DNA of 63,997 nucleotides, filler included, from an uncultured bacterium (GTDB lineage: Bacteria > CAYJOG01), in the NCBI GenBank assembly GCA_964371695.1. It is 7 parts of 7 records of this genome, joined end to end, with 100 filler letters (N's around TTAATTAATTAA, not from the genome) between each part and the next. Parts side by side here need not be neighbours in the genome. Positions count along the whole stretch, not along the records: positions 19,864 to 29,514 come from CAYJOG010000068.1; positions 29,615 to 39,219 come from CAYJOG010000069.1; 5 more parts are not named here. One strand, written 5' to 3'. The stretch's first letter is position 1. Each line of letters begins with the position of its first letter. This document shows, one piece after another, positions 25,539-33,864 of the stretch. A program made the translations under genes and the position numbers. The notes beneath the pieces are model-generated. The model searched no databases. It had not been told where the DNA came from and was given only the letters and a program-made list of their open reading frames with translations.

Positions 25539-26615
25539 GTGCCGGAGCTTGCCAGCACTTGGCCGGGGCGGTTGCGCCAAGCGGTGGTTTATGCCGCCGC
25601 CCGCCCCCTGTTGCGGGTATCGGTGGCCACCGGCCGGGCGCTGCTGCGCCCCACCTCGGTGGCGTTTTATCTCGGCCCCCGCTGCAACCTCACCTGCCGC
25701 CACTGTGGTTATTACGGAGACGGCCCGCCGGTGAGTTTTGAAGACTACGCCCGCGTGCTGGATGAGACCTGGCGGCTGGGGGCGCGGGAGCTCACCCTCA
25801 CCGGCGGCGAGCCCACGCTGGTGCGCGACTTTCCCCGTTATCTGGGCCACGCCATCAGCGCCGGATGGATCGTCGGCTTCACCACCAACGGCACCACACT
25901 GCGGGGCCCGCTGGTGGCGGACCTGCTGAAGACCGGCGTGCAGCGGGTGAGCATTTCGCTGGACGGCATGGAACAGGCCCACGACGCCGTGCGCGGCGAG
26001 GGGGTTTTCCGGCGCGCCATGGAAGGAGTGGAAAACATGCTGGCTGCCCGCAGCACCCATCCGTGCCTGGAACTGCGGGTGAACATGGTGCTGCTGCGGC
26101 ACAACCTGCCCGACGTGCTGGCCCTGCACGACTGGTGCGCCAGCCGCCGGGTGTGGTTCAACGTCATGCCCTACACCAGCGAAAACCTGGCCTATCACCA
26201 GCAGGAAGTGGGGCAGGATTTTGCGCCGGACGACGCCGCCCGCCAGCAACTCGCCGGGCTGATGCCCCAATGGCTCAGGGCCAGGCGGCGAAAAGGTTAT
26301 TGGCTCAACACGGCGCGGCACCTCAAGGAAATTCACCACTTTGTGAGCACCGGCCAGCGGCGGGGCCAATGTCTGGTGGGGGCCTATCAGTTCAACGTGG
26401 ATGAAAAACTGCGGGTGGGATTCTGCACCGAGGCCATCGGCGTGATTGGCGACCTGACACAACAAAACGCCGAGGAAATCTGGCACAGCCCCCAGGCCGC
26501 CGCTGCCCGGCAAAAAACAGGCCGCTGCCACGACTGTGTGCTGAACTGCTATTACAGCCCCTCACTGGCCGAAGGCGCGTTTGACCTACTGCCCGTGCTG
26601 CTCAAGAGCAGGTGA
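25539..26615 (+). CDS. Radical SAM protein with Twitch/SPASM-like C-terminus
   Basis: CNLTCRHC, LTGGEP, TTNGT, ISLDG; C-terminal C..G.....C...IGDL..EIW...CHDCVLNC. Confidence 0.88.
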   Translation: MPELASTWPGRLRQAVVYAAARPLLRVSVATGRALLRPTSVAFYLGPRCNLTCRHCGYYGDGPPVSFEDYARVLDETWRLGARELTLTGGEPTLVRDFPRYLGHAISAGWIVGFTTNGTTLRGPLVADLLKTGVQRVSISLDGMEQAHDAVRGEGVFRRAMEGVENMLAARSTHPCLELRVNMVLLRHNLPDVLALHDWCASRRVWFNVMPYTSENLAYHQQEVGQDFAPDDAARQQLAGLMPQWLRARRRKGYWLNTARHLKEIHHFVSTGQRRGQCLVGAYQFNVDEKLRVGFCTEAIGVIGDLTQQNAEEIWHSPQAAAARQKTGRCHDCVLNCYYSPSLAEGAFDLLPVLLKSR

Positions 26616-26634
26616 ACACGGACGGGGGCAACCC

Positions 26635-27756
26635 CTACGACTGTATCAACACCCTGGGCACACGCTTGCCAATCAGGCTCACCAATTCGTAGTTGATGGT
26701 GCCCGCCTTTTGGGCCGCCTCGCCCGCGCCCAATGACTGGCCTTCCTGTTCGCCGAACAGCACCACCTCCTGGCCAATCATCACGCCTCCCTGTACACCC
26801 GTCACGTCCACCATCAAAAAATCCATGCACACCCGCCCCACCATGGGGGCGCGCTGGCCCCCCACCAGCACTTCGCCCCGGCCGCTGAAGCTGCGCAGAA
26901 TGCCATCGGCATAACCCACCGGCAGCGTGGCGATGCGCCGGGGGCCTTTGGCGGTGAAAGTGCGGGCATAACTCACGGTGTCGCCCTTTTGCAGCGTGCG
27001 CAGCTCCACCACCCGGCTCAAAAGCCGCATGACCGGCGCGAAGCCCTCTGGTGACGGCCCCGTGCCGGTGGGGCACAGGCCATAACACAAAATGCCGGGC
27101 CGCACGCCGTCCAGCCAACTGCCGGGCGCGTTCAGCACCGCCCCGCTGTTGGCCAGGTGCAGGGGCAGGTGATGGAAGCTGGGGTGTTTGCGCAGCGCCA
27201 TCAGGCGCTGGGTCTGCTGGCGGGTGAATTTTTCGAGCGCCGGGTCATCGCTGGCCGCCAGATGACTGAAAGCCGCCATCACTTTCAGCCCCTTCTGGGC
27301 CAGCACCGCCTCCAGAAAAATCTCTTCTCCCCGCCAGGGCACCCCCAGGCGCGACATGCCGGTGTCGATTTTCACGTGTACCGGCAGGGTGTGGCCTTGC
27401 CGGGCGGCGGCCTCGCCAAAGGCGCGGGCGTCTTGCAGGTGCAGCAGCGTGATTTCCAGACAGGCCGAGAGAATCTCTGGCAGCGCCGCCGGAGGGGTGT
27501 AACCCAGCACCAGCAGACGGCCCTCAAAACCAGCGCCGCGCAACCGCAGGGCTTCCTCCACGCTGGCCACCGCCACGGCGTCGGCGATGCCCTGCGTGAG
27601 CGGGGCCAGGGCCTCGGCCCCGTGGCCATAGGCGTCGGCCTTCATCACGGCGTAAAACGTGCGCGGACTGATGCGGCGGCGGATCTCCTTCAGGTTCTCC
27701 ACAAACCGCACCGCCGAAATCTCGGCCCACAGCGGGCGATGGATGGGAGAAATCAT
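26635..27756 (-). CDS. alr: Alanine racemase
   Basis: AVMKADAYGHG, HVKIDTGMSRLG, VRPGI, GYADG, GRVCMD. Start uncertain (27756, 27765 or 27774). Confidence 0.96.
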   Translation of the reverse strand: MISPIHRPLWAEISAVRFVENLKEIRRRISPRTFYAVMKADAYGHGAEALAPLTQGIADAVAVASVEEALRLRGAGFEGRLLVLGYTPPAALPEILSACLEITLLHLQDARAFGEAAARQGHTLPVHVKIDTGMSRLGVPWRGEEIFLEAVLAQKGLKVMAAFSHLAASDDPALEKFTRQQTQRLMALRKHPSFHHLPLHLANSGAVLNAPGSWLDGVRPGILCYGLCPTGTGPSPEGFAPVMRLLSRVVELRTLQKGDTVSYARTFTAKGPRRIATLPVGYADGILRSFSGRGEVLVGGQRAPMVGRVCMDFLMVDVTGVQGGVMIGQEVVLFGEQEGQSLGAGEAAQKAGTINYELVSLIGKRVPRVLIQS

Positions 27757-27789
27757 GAAGGCCATGGTAATCAAAAATGCCAGGCATGC

Positions 27790-27963
27790 TTTGACACCGG
27801 TTCCAATTCCCGTGACTGGTTCATTTGTTTAAATGAGGAGTAGGTGTGGTGTCCCCACCGCACTATGACAGCAGCGATGGGGACATCTCTGCGACTCCTT
27901 TTGAGTCGAATGAACCGCTACCAGGAATTGGAATCGGTGTCAAAAGTCCAGGACGGACTTTTG
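27790..27963. repeat. Long intergenic fold-back element followed by the AAAAGTCC/GGACTTTT palindrome
   Basis: TTTGACACCGGTTCCAATTCC pairs with GGAATTGGAATCGGTGTCAAA; inner stems GGTTCATT/AATGAACC, AGGAGT/ACTCCT and TGTCCCCA/TGGGGACA. Confidence 0.7.
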
Positions 27964-28101
27964 AGGTGAGTTCCAGTAAAATGAATCCTTAACATCCGCG
28001 GCCAGAAGCCGGTTTGCCGCCTTCCGCCGCCTTTTCTCATGGGCCATCGCTCACAAAACGGTATTCGCCCTGCCCCTCAGCCAGAAGGCCGCGAGCCGGC
28101 C

Positions 28102-29514
28102 ATGCGCGAGGTGATGCGCTCGGTGAAATGGTTTTATCCGGGCATGGGGGTGAAGCGCTGGTTTTTGCTGATCATTGCGGGTGTGATGCTGTTTGGTTTT
28201 GGTCTGGCCATGGTGAGCGGCCTGAAAATGTACGTGCGGGTTTATGAGGCCATCCGCGCCGTGGTGCCCCAGGGCATGGTGGGCATCGGGGCCATGGTGG
28301 CGGGGATGGGCGTGATTCTGCTGGGCATCCGTCACCTGTCGCTGGCGCTGCTCTCGCCGTTTCTGAGCCATGGAGACCGCGCCCGTCTGGTGGATTTCAT
28401 CTACCGCCACCAATACCTCAAGCGCCAACTGAAAATCGTGGTGATTGGCGGGGGCACGGGCCTGCATTCGCTCTTGCGGGGACTCAAGCACTACACCACC
28501 AACCTCACCGCCATCGTGAGCGTGTTTGACGACGGCGGCAGCAGCGGGCGTCTGCGCAAGGAACTGGGCATGTTGCCGCCCGGCGACATCCGCAATTGCC
28601 TCGCGGCCCTGGCCGACGACGAAGCCCAGATGACCGACCTGCTCCAGCACCGTTTCGCCGAGGGAGAAGGCCTGGCGGGCCACAGCCTGGGCAACCTCAT
28701 GCTGGCGGCCCTCACCGAAAAAACCGGCAATTTCGAAAACGCCGTCTACGCGCTCAGCCGCGCCCTGGCCATTGTGGGCAAGGTGATTCCCGCCACACTG
28801 CGGGAAACCCAGTTGGGAGCCATTTTTGAAGATGGTTCCACAGCGCTCGGAGAAAGCTCCCTGGGGCAACTGGGCAAAACCATCCGCAAGGTGTTCCTCA
28901 CGCCCGAAACCCCCCTCGCCACACCCGCCGCTGTCAGCGCCATATTGGAAGCCGACGTGGTGGTGCTGGGGCCAGGGTCGCTTTATACCAGCGTGATTCC
29001 CAACCTGCTGGTGCCAGACATCTGCGACGCCGTCACCCGCACACAGGCCCTCACGCTTTATGTGGGCAACATCATGACCCAGCCCGGAGAAACCCACGGC
29101 TTTCAGGCCTCAGACCACCTGAAGGTGGTCATGGAATACATGGGCCACGCGCCGGACCTGTATCTGTGCAACGACGCCATTCCCCGCCGGCTGGAAAAAC
29201 GCTACCGCGAAGAAGGGCAGTTTCCCGTGCGGCCCGATCACGAACAGGTGAAGGCCCTGGGGGTGCGCACGCTTTATGCCGACCTGATGCTGGAACAGGA
29301 CCGTGTGCGCCACGACCCCGCACGGCTGGCCAACGCCATCTATCTCGAAGCCCTGAAACACAAAGAAGCCATCGAGGCCAAAAAACCCACACCAGAGGGC
29401 GACTGGCTGCGGCGCATGATGTCGGCCCTGAGCATGGAAAGTTACATGCAGGAAATGTTCGACGCCGAAAGCCCCACCCGCGCACAACCCAGCCAGGCCC
29501 GAAAAGAAGAAACC
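28102..29514 (+). CDS. yvcK: YvcK/GlmR (UPF0052) family protein with N-terminal TM extension, 3'-truncated
   Basis: KWFYPGMGVKRW, VIGGGTG, DDGGSSGRLR, PPGDIRNCL, GHSLGNL, GPGSLYTS. Confidence 0.92.
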
Positions 29515-29620
29515 NNNNNNNNNNNNNNNNNNNNNNNNNNNNNNNNNNNNNNNNNNNNTTAATTAATTAANNNNNNNNNNNNNNNNNNNNNNNNNNNNNN
29601 NNNNNNNNNNNNNNGAATAA

Positions 29621-29670
29621 CCCCTCACCTGCCCCTTCGGGGCTTCCTCTCCCCATAAAGGGGAGAGGGG
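29621..29670. repeat. CCCCTCACC...CTCTCCC/GGGAGAGGG palindromic repeat; also at 55228-55294, 55341-55593 and 62180-62229
   Basis: Copies compared directly by eye. Confidence 0.75.
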
Positions 29671-29765
29671 GTAACCAACCGTCCCCTGCAATCGAAAATA
29701 ACGCCACACTCTTGGCGAGCGTGGGGACAATCCTCGCGGCCAACTGCACTGAGGTTGAAGGAACG

Positions 29766-30356
29766 CTACCGCCCGTCTGGTTTTTTTTCTGCCCCCGGCT
29801 GGCCAAGCTGGCGCAAATAACGCACCAGACGCTGGCGGGTGGGCGTGTCCAGCGAGGCGAAGCCCGGCATCATCTTGCCGGTGTTCAAACGGCCTTCGGT
29901 GATCACTTTCAGCAGCACGCCGTCTGAAAGGGCCTGGGTGGTCTTGCGAGTCAGGTCTGGCGCACCTTCGGGCAGGCGGTCCACCATGGGGCCGTCGCCC
30001 TTTCCTTTTTCGCCGTGGCAGGGGGCGCATTTTTCGCCATACACCGCGCTGGTTTCAGCGGCGGATTTTGCCGAAAGCGCCGGGGCTTTCCATTGGTCCA
30101 GATTTTCGGGAAGGGTTGAAGCAGGTGGAGCACCACCATCTTTTTTGGCCGACGGGGGCGTGTCGCCGCCGGGGGACATCACCGGCGATTCCTGCACCAG
30201 ATGCAGCGGCTCCACCGGCTTGCGATTGAGGTCAGGCTCAGGGCCGGGGGGCAGACCCGCCGTCTGTTTGCAGCCCGAAAAAGAAGCGGCCCCGCAAAGG
30301 GCCGCTCCCAGAAATATCATTTTAAAAAACCGCCCTTGCGGCGAAAAGTTCGCCAT
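29766..30356 (-). CDS. Monoheme cytochrome c lipoprotein
   Basis: Lipobox-like ASFSGC, Pro-rich linker, CAPCH, distal MMPGF. Confidence 0.88.
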   Translation of the reverse strand: MANFSPQGRFFKMIFLGAALCGAASFSGCKQTAGLPPGPEPDLNRKPVEPLHLVQESPVMSPGGDTPPSAKKDGGAPPASTLPENLDQWKAPALSAKSAAETSAVYGEKCAPCHGEKGKGDGPMVDRLPEGAPDLTRKTTQALSDGVLLKVITEGRLNTGKMMPGFASLDTPTRQRLVRYLRQLGQPGAEKKPDGR

Positions 30357-30370
30357 GGGTGGCTTTCCTC

Positions 30371-31879
30371 TTATTTCGCTTTCTCTTTGAAAAACGCGAT
30401 GAGCTGGTCAATCTCCGCGTCGGTGAGGGTTTGGGGCGGCATGGGCATGTTGTTGAACTCTGCCAGCAGCGCCTTGGCGGTTTCGTCGGTGGCCAGCATG
30501 CCCACGGTGTCTTTGAGCCATTTTTTGATCCAGTCTTCGGTGCGCCGCGTGGTGACGCCCTTCAAGCCGGGGCCAACACCTTTCACGTCCGTGAGTTGGT
30601 GGCAAGCCATGCAACCCTTGCCGTTAAAGAGCGCCTCACCGGCGGCCACGGGATCTGCCGCAACTTCTTCGGCGGGCACCGCTGCCTCAGTGCTTTCAGC
30701 GGCAGGCTGTGCCCCGCCCAGTGTGAAGTTGGCCAAATCGCCATTGGCTTTGGGCATGTAATGGATGGGCAGGCTCTTTTTGCGCAGGCTCATCACATAC
30801 ATTGCCAGCGCCCGGCGTTCATCGCCTGTCAGCACCAGCTTGGGCATGGCCGAGCCTTTGGACATGGCGGGCGGGTTCTCGAAGTGCAGCAGATGCCACG
30901 AGAACACACTCACGGGCAGGTCGCCCTTGGTGAACAGGGCGCGGCGGTCGCGCTGTTCCTTCATCAGGCGAGCTTTCTCCTTGGGGTTACTTTCCACCAC
31001 AAAGGGTTTGTCGCTGCCGGTGTCAAACGCCTCGTGGCTCTTGTCGCCTTCCCAGGTCAGTTCCGGCCCCAGCACGCCGCCCACGCCATCAATGATGTGG
31101 CAATTCAGACAGGGCTGTTTGCGACCCCACACCATTTCCTTGGCCTTGTTGATGTTGGGCATGCCTTTGGTTTCAACATCCCGGCGGTGGCAGCCGTTGC
31201 ACTGGATTTCCGTCATGGGCAGGGTTTCGGGCTTGCTGAAGCCATATTCCTTGGCCAGTTCGGCGGTCATGACGGGGAACAGCCAGCGGGGTTTGTGGCC
31301 ATGTTCGTCTTCTTCCACGTGGGCGTCACGTTTGTTGGTGGCCACGCCCTGGCCCATGTGGCAGGTGGTGCAGCCGTAGTCTTCGATTTTGTGTACGTCC
31401 ATGAGTCCGGCGGGTTTGGGATTGCCTTCCCCGTCCAGCACCGGGTTGCCGCTTTTGTCTTTGGCCTCGCCGATGATGGGGTTGGGGTGGCTCTGGAAAA
31501 GCGCGTTGCCCTTGCCCAGTTTGTCTTTGGCAAACTTATCGCCATAGGTCATGCCCAGGTGGCAGGTGGTGCAGCGGTCGGTGGTTTTGAGCTGGGGCAG
31601 CCATATCTGCTGCACGCTGCCAAAAGGCAGGTTGGAAATGCCCAGCGCGCCCAGGGGGGACATGGAAAGCCGCCCACCGGGGGTTTTCAGCGCATCCTCT
31701 TTGCCCATCTGTTTTTCTACCATCTGAGCGAATTTCTTCTGATGCACCGCCCACTCCGGGTTGCTCTCCCGCTTCATCACCAAGCCGGTCACCACCAGCA
31801 GGATCACCCCTGTGATCAGCAGCAGCAGGCCGTCTTTGTTTGGATCTTTACGCCAGTCGTCTTTGTAAGTCGTCGTCAT
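30371..31879 (-). CDS. Membrane-anchored pentaheme cytochrome c
   Basis: One N-terminal TM segment; CTTCH, CTTCH, CNGCH, CLNCH and CMACH. Confidence 0.92.
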   Translation of the reverse strand: MTTTYKDDWRKDPNKDGLLLLITGVILLVVTGLVMKRESNPEWAVHQKKFAQMVEKQMGKEDALKTPGGRLSMSPLGALGISNLPFGSVQQIWLPQLKTTDRCTTCHLGMTYGDKFAKDKLGKGNALFQSHPNPIIGEAKDKSGNPVLDGEGNPKPAGLMDVHKIEDYGCTTCHMGQGVATNKRDAHVEEDEHGHKPRWLFPVMTAELAKEYGFSKPETLPMTEIQCNGCHRRDVETKGMPNINKAKEMVWGRKQPCLNCHIIDGVGGVLGPELTWEGDKSHEAFDTGSDKPFVVESNPKEKARLMKEQRDRRALFTKGDLPVSVFSWHLLHFENPPAMSKGSAMPKLVLTGDERRALAMYVMSLRKKSLPIHYMPKANGDLANFTLGGAQPAAESTEAAVPAEEVAADPVAAGEALFNGKGCMACHQLTDVKGVGPGLKGVTTRRTEDWIKKWLKDTVGMLATDETAKALLAEFNNMPMPPQTLTDAEIDQLIAFFKEKAK

Positions 31880-31924
31880 GGTTTGGGTTTCCTGTTCCTT
31901 CCCTTCGGGTCGTGAGGCGGAGGC

Positions 31925-33280
31925 TTAATACATGTGAGGCATTTTGGGCCAGCCGTGCCAGTAAATGCCCCAGTAGGGGCCACGGATGTAGGACACGAAC
32001 AGAATCAGCAGGATGATACCCAGCAGCATCAGGCCAAAGCCGATGTTCTGACCCCGGCGGCTTTTGTGGAACCACACGCCGGTGGCCTCGGCGGGGCTGC
32101 GGTCAATGAAAGGCCACAGCGCCAGCCCACCCACCAGCAGGCCCGGAATCAACTGGCCGCCGATGAAACCAGCCTGAATGTTGTCCAGGCCAATCAGCTT
32201 CTGCACAAAACCGGGCATTGGAATGGTGAGCCAGGGCTGGGCCACAAGCTCTTGCAGCCACAAAAAATACCACGGGGCCTTGGAGGGGTTGGGGGTCCAG
32301 GCCAGGGTGGCTTCTTCTTCCAGCGGAGAGGGCAAAAAGGTGGCCATCAGCACCACCACCGCCGTGGTGAGACAGGTGACGATGAAAATGCGGCGGGTGA
32401 GATAGGGCGTGCTGTAGACCGTTTCTTTTTCTTCGGCCACGGTGCTGGAGAACACCGTGCCGCTGGTGTTGCGGGCGAAGCCCATCAGCGTGTAGGTCTT
32501 GCCCACAGGGGCCAGGATTTTCTGTTTCTTGCGCTGCAGGCGGAGCTGTTCCACCGCCGCCATGCCGCCGTCTTTGCGAATCCGCCACATGTGCCACGAC
32601 AGAAAGAGGATGACCACCGTGGGCAGGATGGCGATGTGCAGCCAGTAAAAACGGATGAGGGTGTTCTGGTCAATGAACGTGCCCCCCGCAAACACCATCA
32701 TGGCAAAGTCACTGACAAAAGGCGTGGCCCGCGCAATGCCCGCCCCCACTGACACGGCCCACAGGGCCAGCTGATCCCACGGCAGCAGATAACCGGTGAA
32801 GGAAAGCAGGATGGTGCAGAGCATGAGCACGATGCCTACGATCCAGTTGAGCGGCCTGCGGCTGCCCCGGTTGGAGCCTGATTTGTAAGCGCCGGTGAAA
32901 AACACGCGGGCCATGTGCAGCAACGAACAGGCCACCATCAGGTGGGCGCTCCAGCGATGCACCCCGCGCAGCAGCCAGCCGTAGCTCACCAGATAATCCA
33001 GGTCTTTCACCGTCCAATAGGCCCGCTCGACGCTGGGAATGTAAAGCGCGATGAGGTAAATGCCCGTGACGGTGAGGATGCCGAACAGGATGGTGGTGAT
33101 GGCCCCCAGCCACAGGCTGTAGCCCCAGGACATGGACACCTTGGCTGTCTTGGCCGGGAACCAGTGCAAGAGAAAGTTCTGCACAATGGCGCGGCCCGCC
33201 TCCAGGCGGCTGTTGGGGGCAAAGGCCCACACCGTTTCGCGCCAAATACCGTATAGAAGATCCTTGGGGTTGCGTTTCAT
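31925..33280 (-). CDS. Cytochrome b (b6-like domain fused to subunit IV) of a Rieske/cytb complex
   Basis: HRWSAH...LHMARVF, TGYLLPWDQ, RFYWLH-x14-H, PNPSKAPWYF. Confidence 0.93.
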   Translation of the reverse strand: MKRNPKDLLYGIWRETVWAFAPNSRLEAGRAIVQNFLLHWFPAKTAKVSMSWGYSLWLGAITTILFGILTVTGIYLIALYIPSVERAYWTVKDLDYLVSYGWLLRGVHRWSAHLMVACSLLHMARVFFTGAYKSGSNRGSRRPLNWIVGIVLMLCTILLSFTGYLLPWDQLALWAVSVGAGIARATPFVSDFAMMVFAGGTFIDQNTLIRFYWLHIAILPTVVILFLSWHMWRIRKDGGMAAVEQLRLQRKKQKILAPVGKTYTLMGFARNTSGTVFSSTVAEEKETVYSTPYLTRRIFIVTCLTTAVVVLMATFLPSPLEEEATLAWTPNPSKAPWYFLWLQELVAQPWLTIPMPGFVQKLIGLDNIQAGFIGGQLIPGLLVGGLALWPFIDRSPAEATGVWFHKSRRGQNIGFGLMLLGIILLILFVSYIRGPYWGIYWHGWPKMPHMY

Positions 33281-33315
33281 GTCAGCTCCGTGTTGGGATT
33301 GGAAAGTCGTTCAGG

Positions 33316-33846
33316 TCAGCTGGCCTGGGGAGAAAAGCCGTAGTCGTGGGTCAGGTCCGTGGAGCTGTTGACCACCATTTCACCATCGGGGGCCACTTCC
33401 AGTTCAAACCACTTGAGGGGGCGGGGCGTGGGGCCGGCATAGTTGGTGCCGTCGCCGCGATATTTGCTGCCGTGGCAGGCGCAGTGGAACTCGTAGGTCT
33501 GGTCAAACTCCATGGCCTTGCCCCGAAACTCTGTTTTCATTTTTTTGGGCGGCGTGTCCACCTTGTTCACGGTGCAGCCCAGGTGTTCGCAAATGGCGCT
33601 GATGACGTGAAAATGACCGTTGTTGTTGATGACAAACAGGCGTTTGTCGGGAATCATCGTCACGCCGTTGGTGAAGTTCTTGGCCGGGCCGATTTTGAAG
33701 GACTTGGGGGGTTCGTAGAGCACGTTGGGCCACATGCTGCGCAAAAACGTGCCCACCGCCTGAAAACCAAAGGTGGGCACCGCAATCAGGCCGCCAATAA
33801 GCCCCAGAAAACTGCGGCGTGACGTGGTGGGTGCGGATGAACTCAT
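33316..33846 (-). CDS. Rieske [2Fe-2S] subunit
   Basis: Tat motif SRRSFL; CEHLGC and CACHGSKY; GPTPRPL. Confidence 0.93.
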   Translation of the reverse strand: MSSSAPTTSRRSFLGLIGGLIAVPTFGFQAVGTFLRSMWPNVLYEPPKSFKIGPAKNFTNGVTMIPDKRLFVINNNGHFHVISAICEHLGCTVNKVDTPPKKMKTEFRGKAMEFDQTYEFHCACHGSKYRGDGTNYAGPTPRPLKWFELEVAPDGEMVVNSSTDLTHDYGFSPQAS

Positions 33847-33864
33847 TTCATGAAACCTCCTGGG

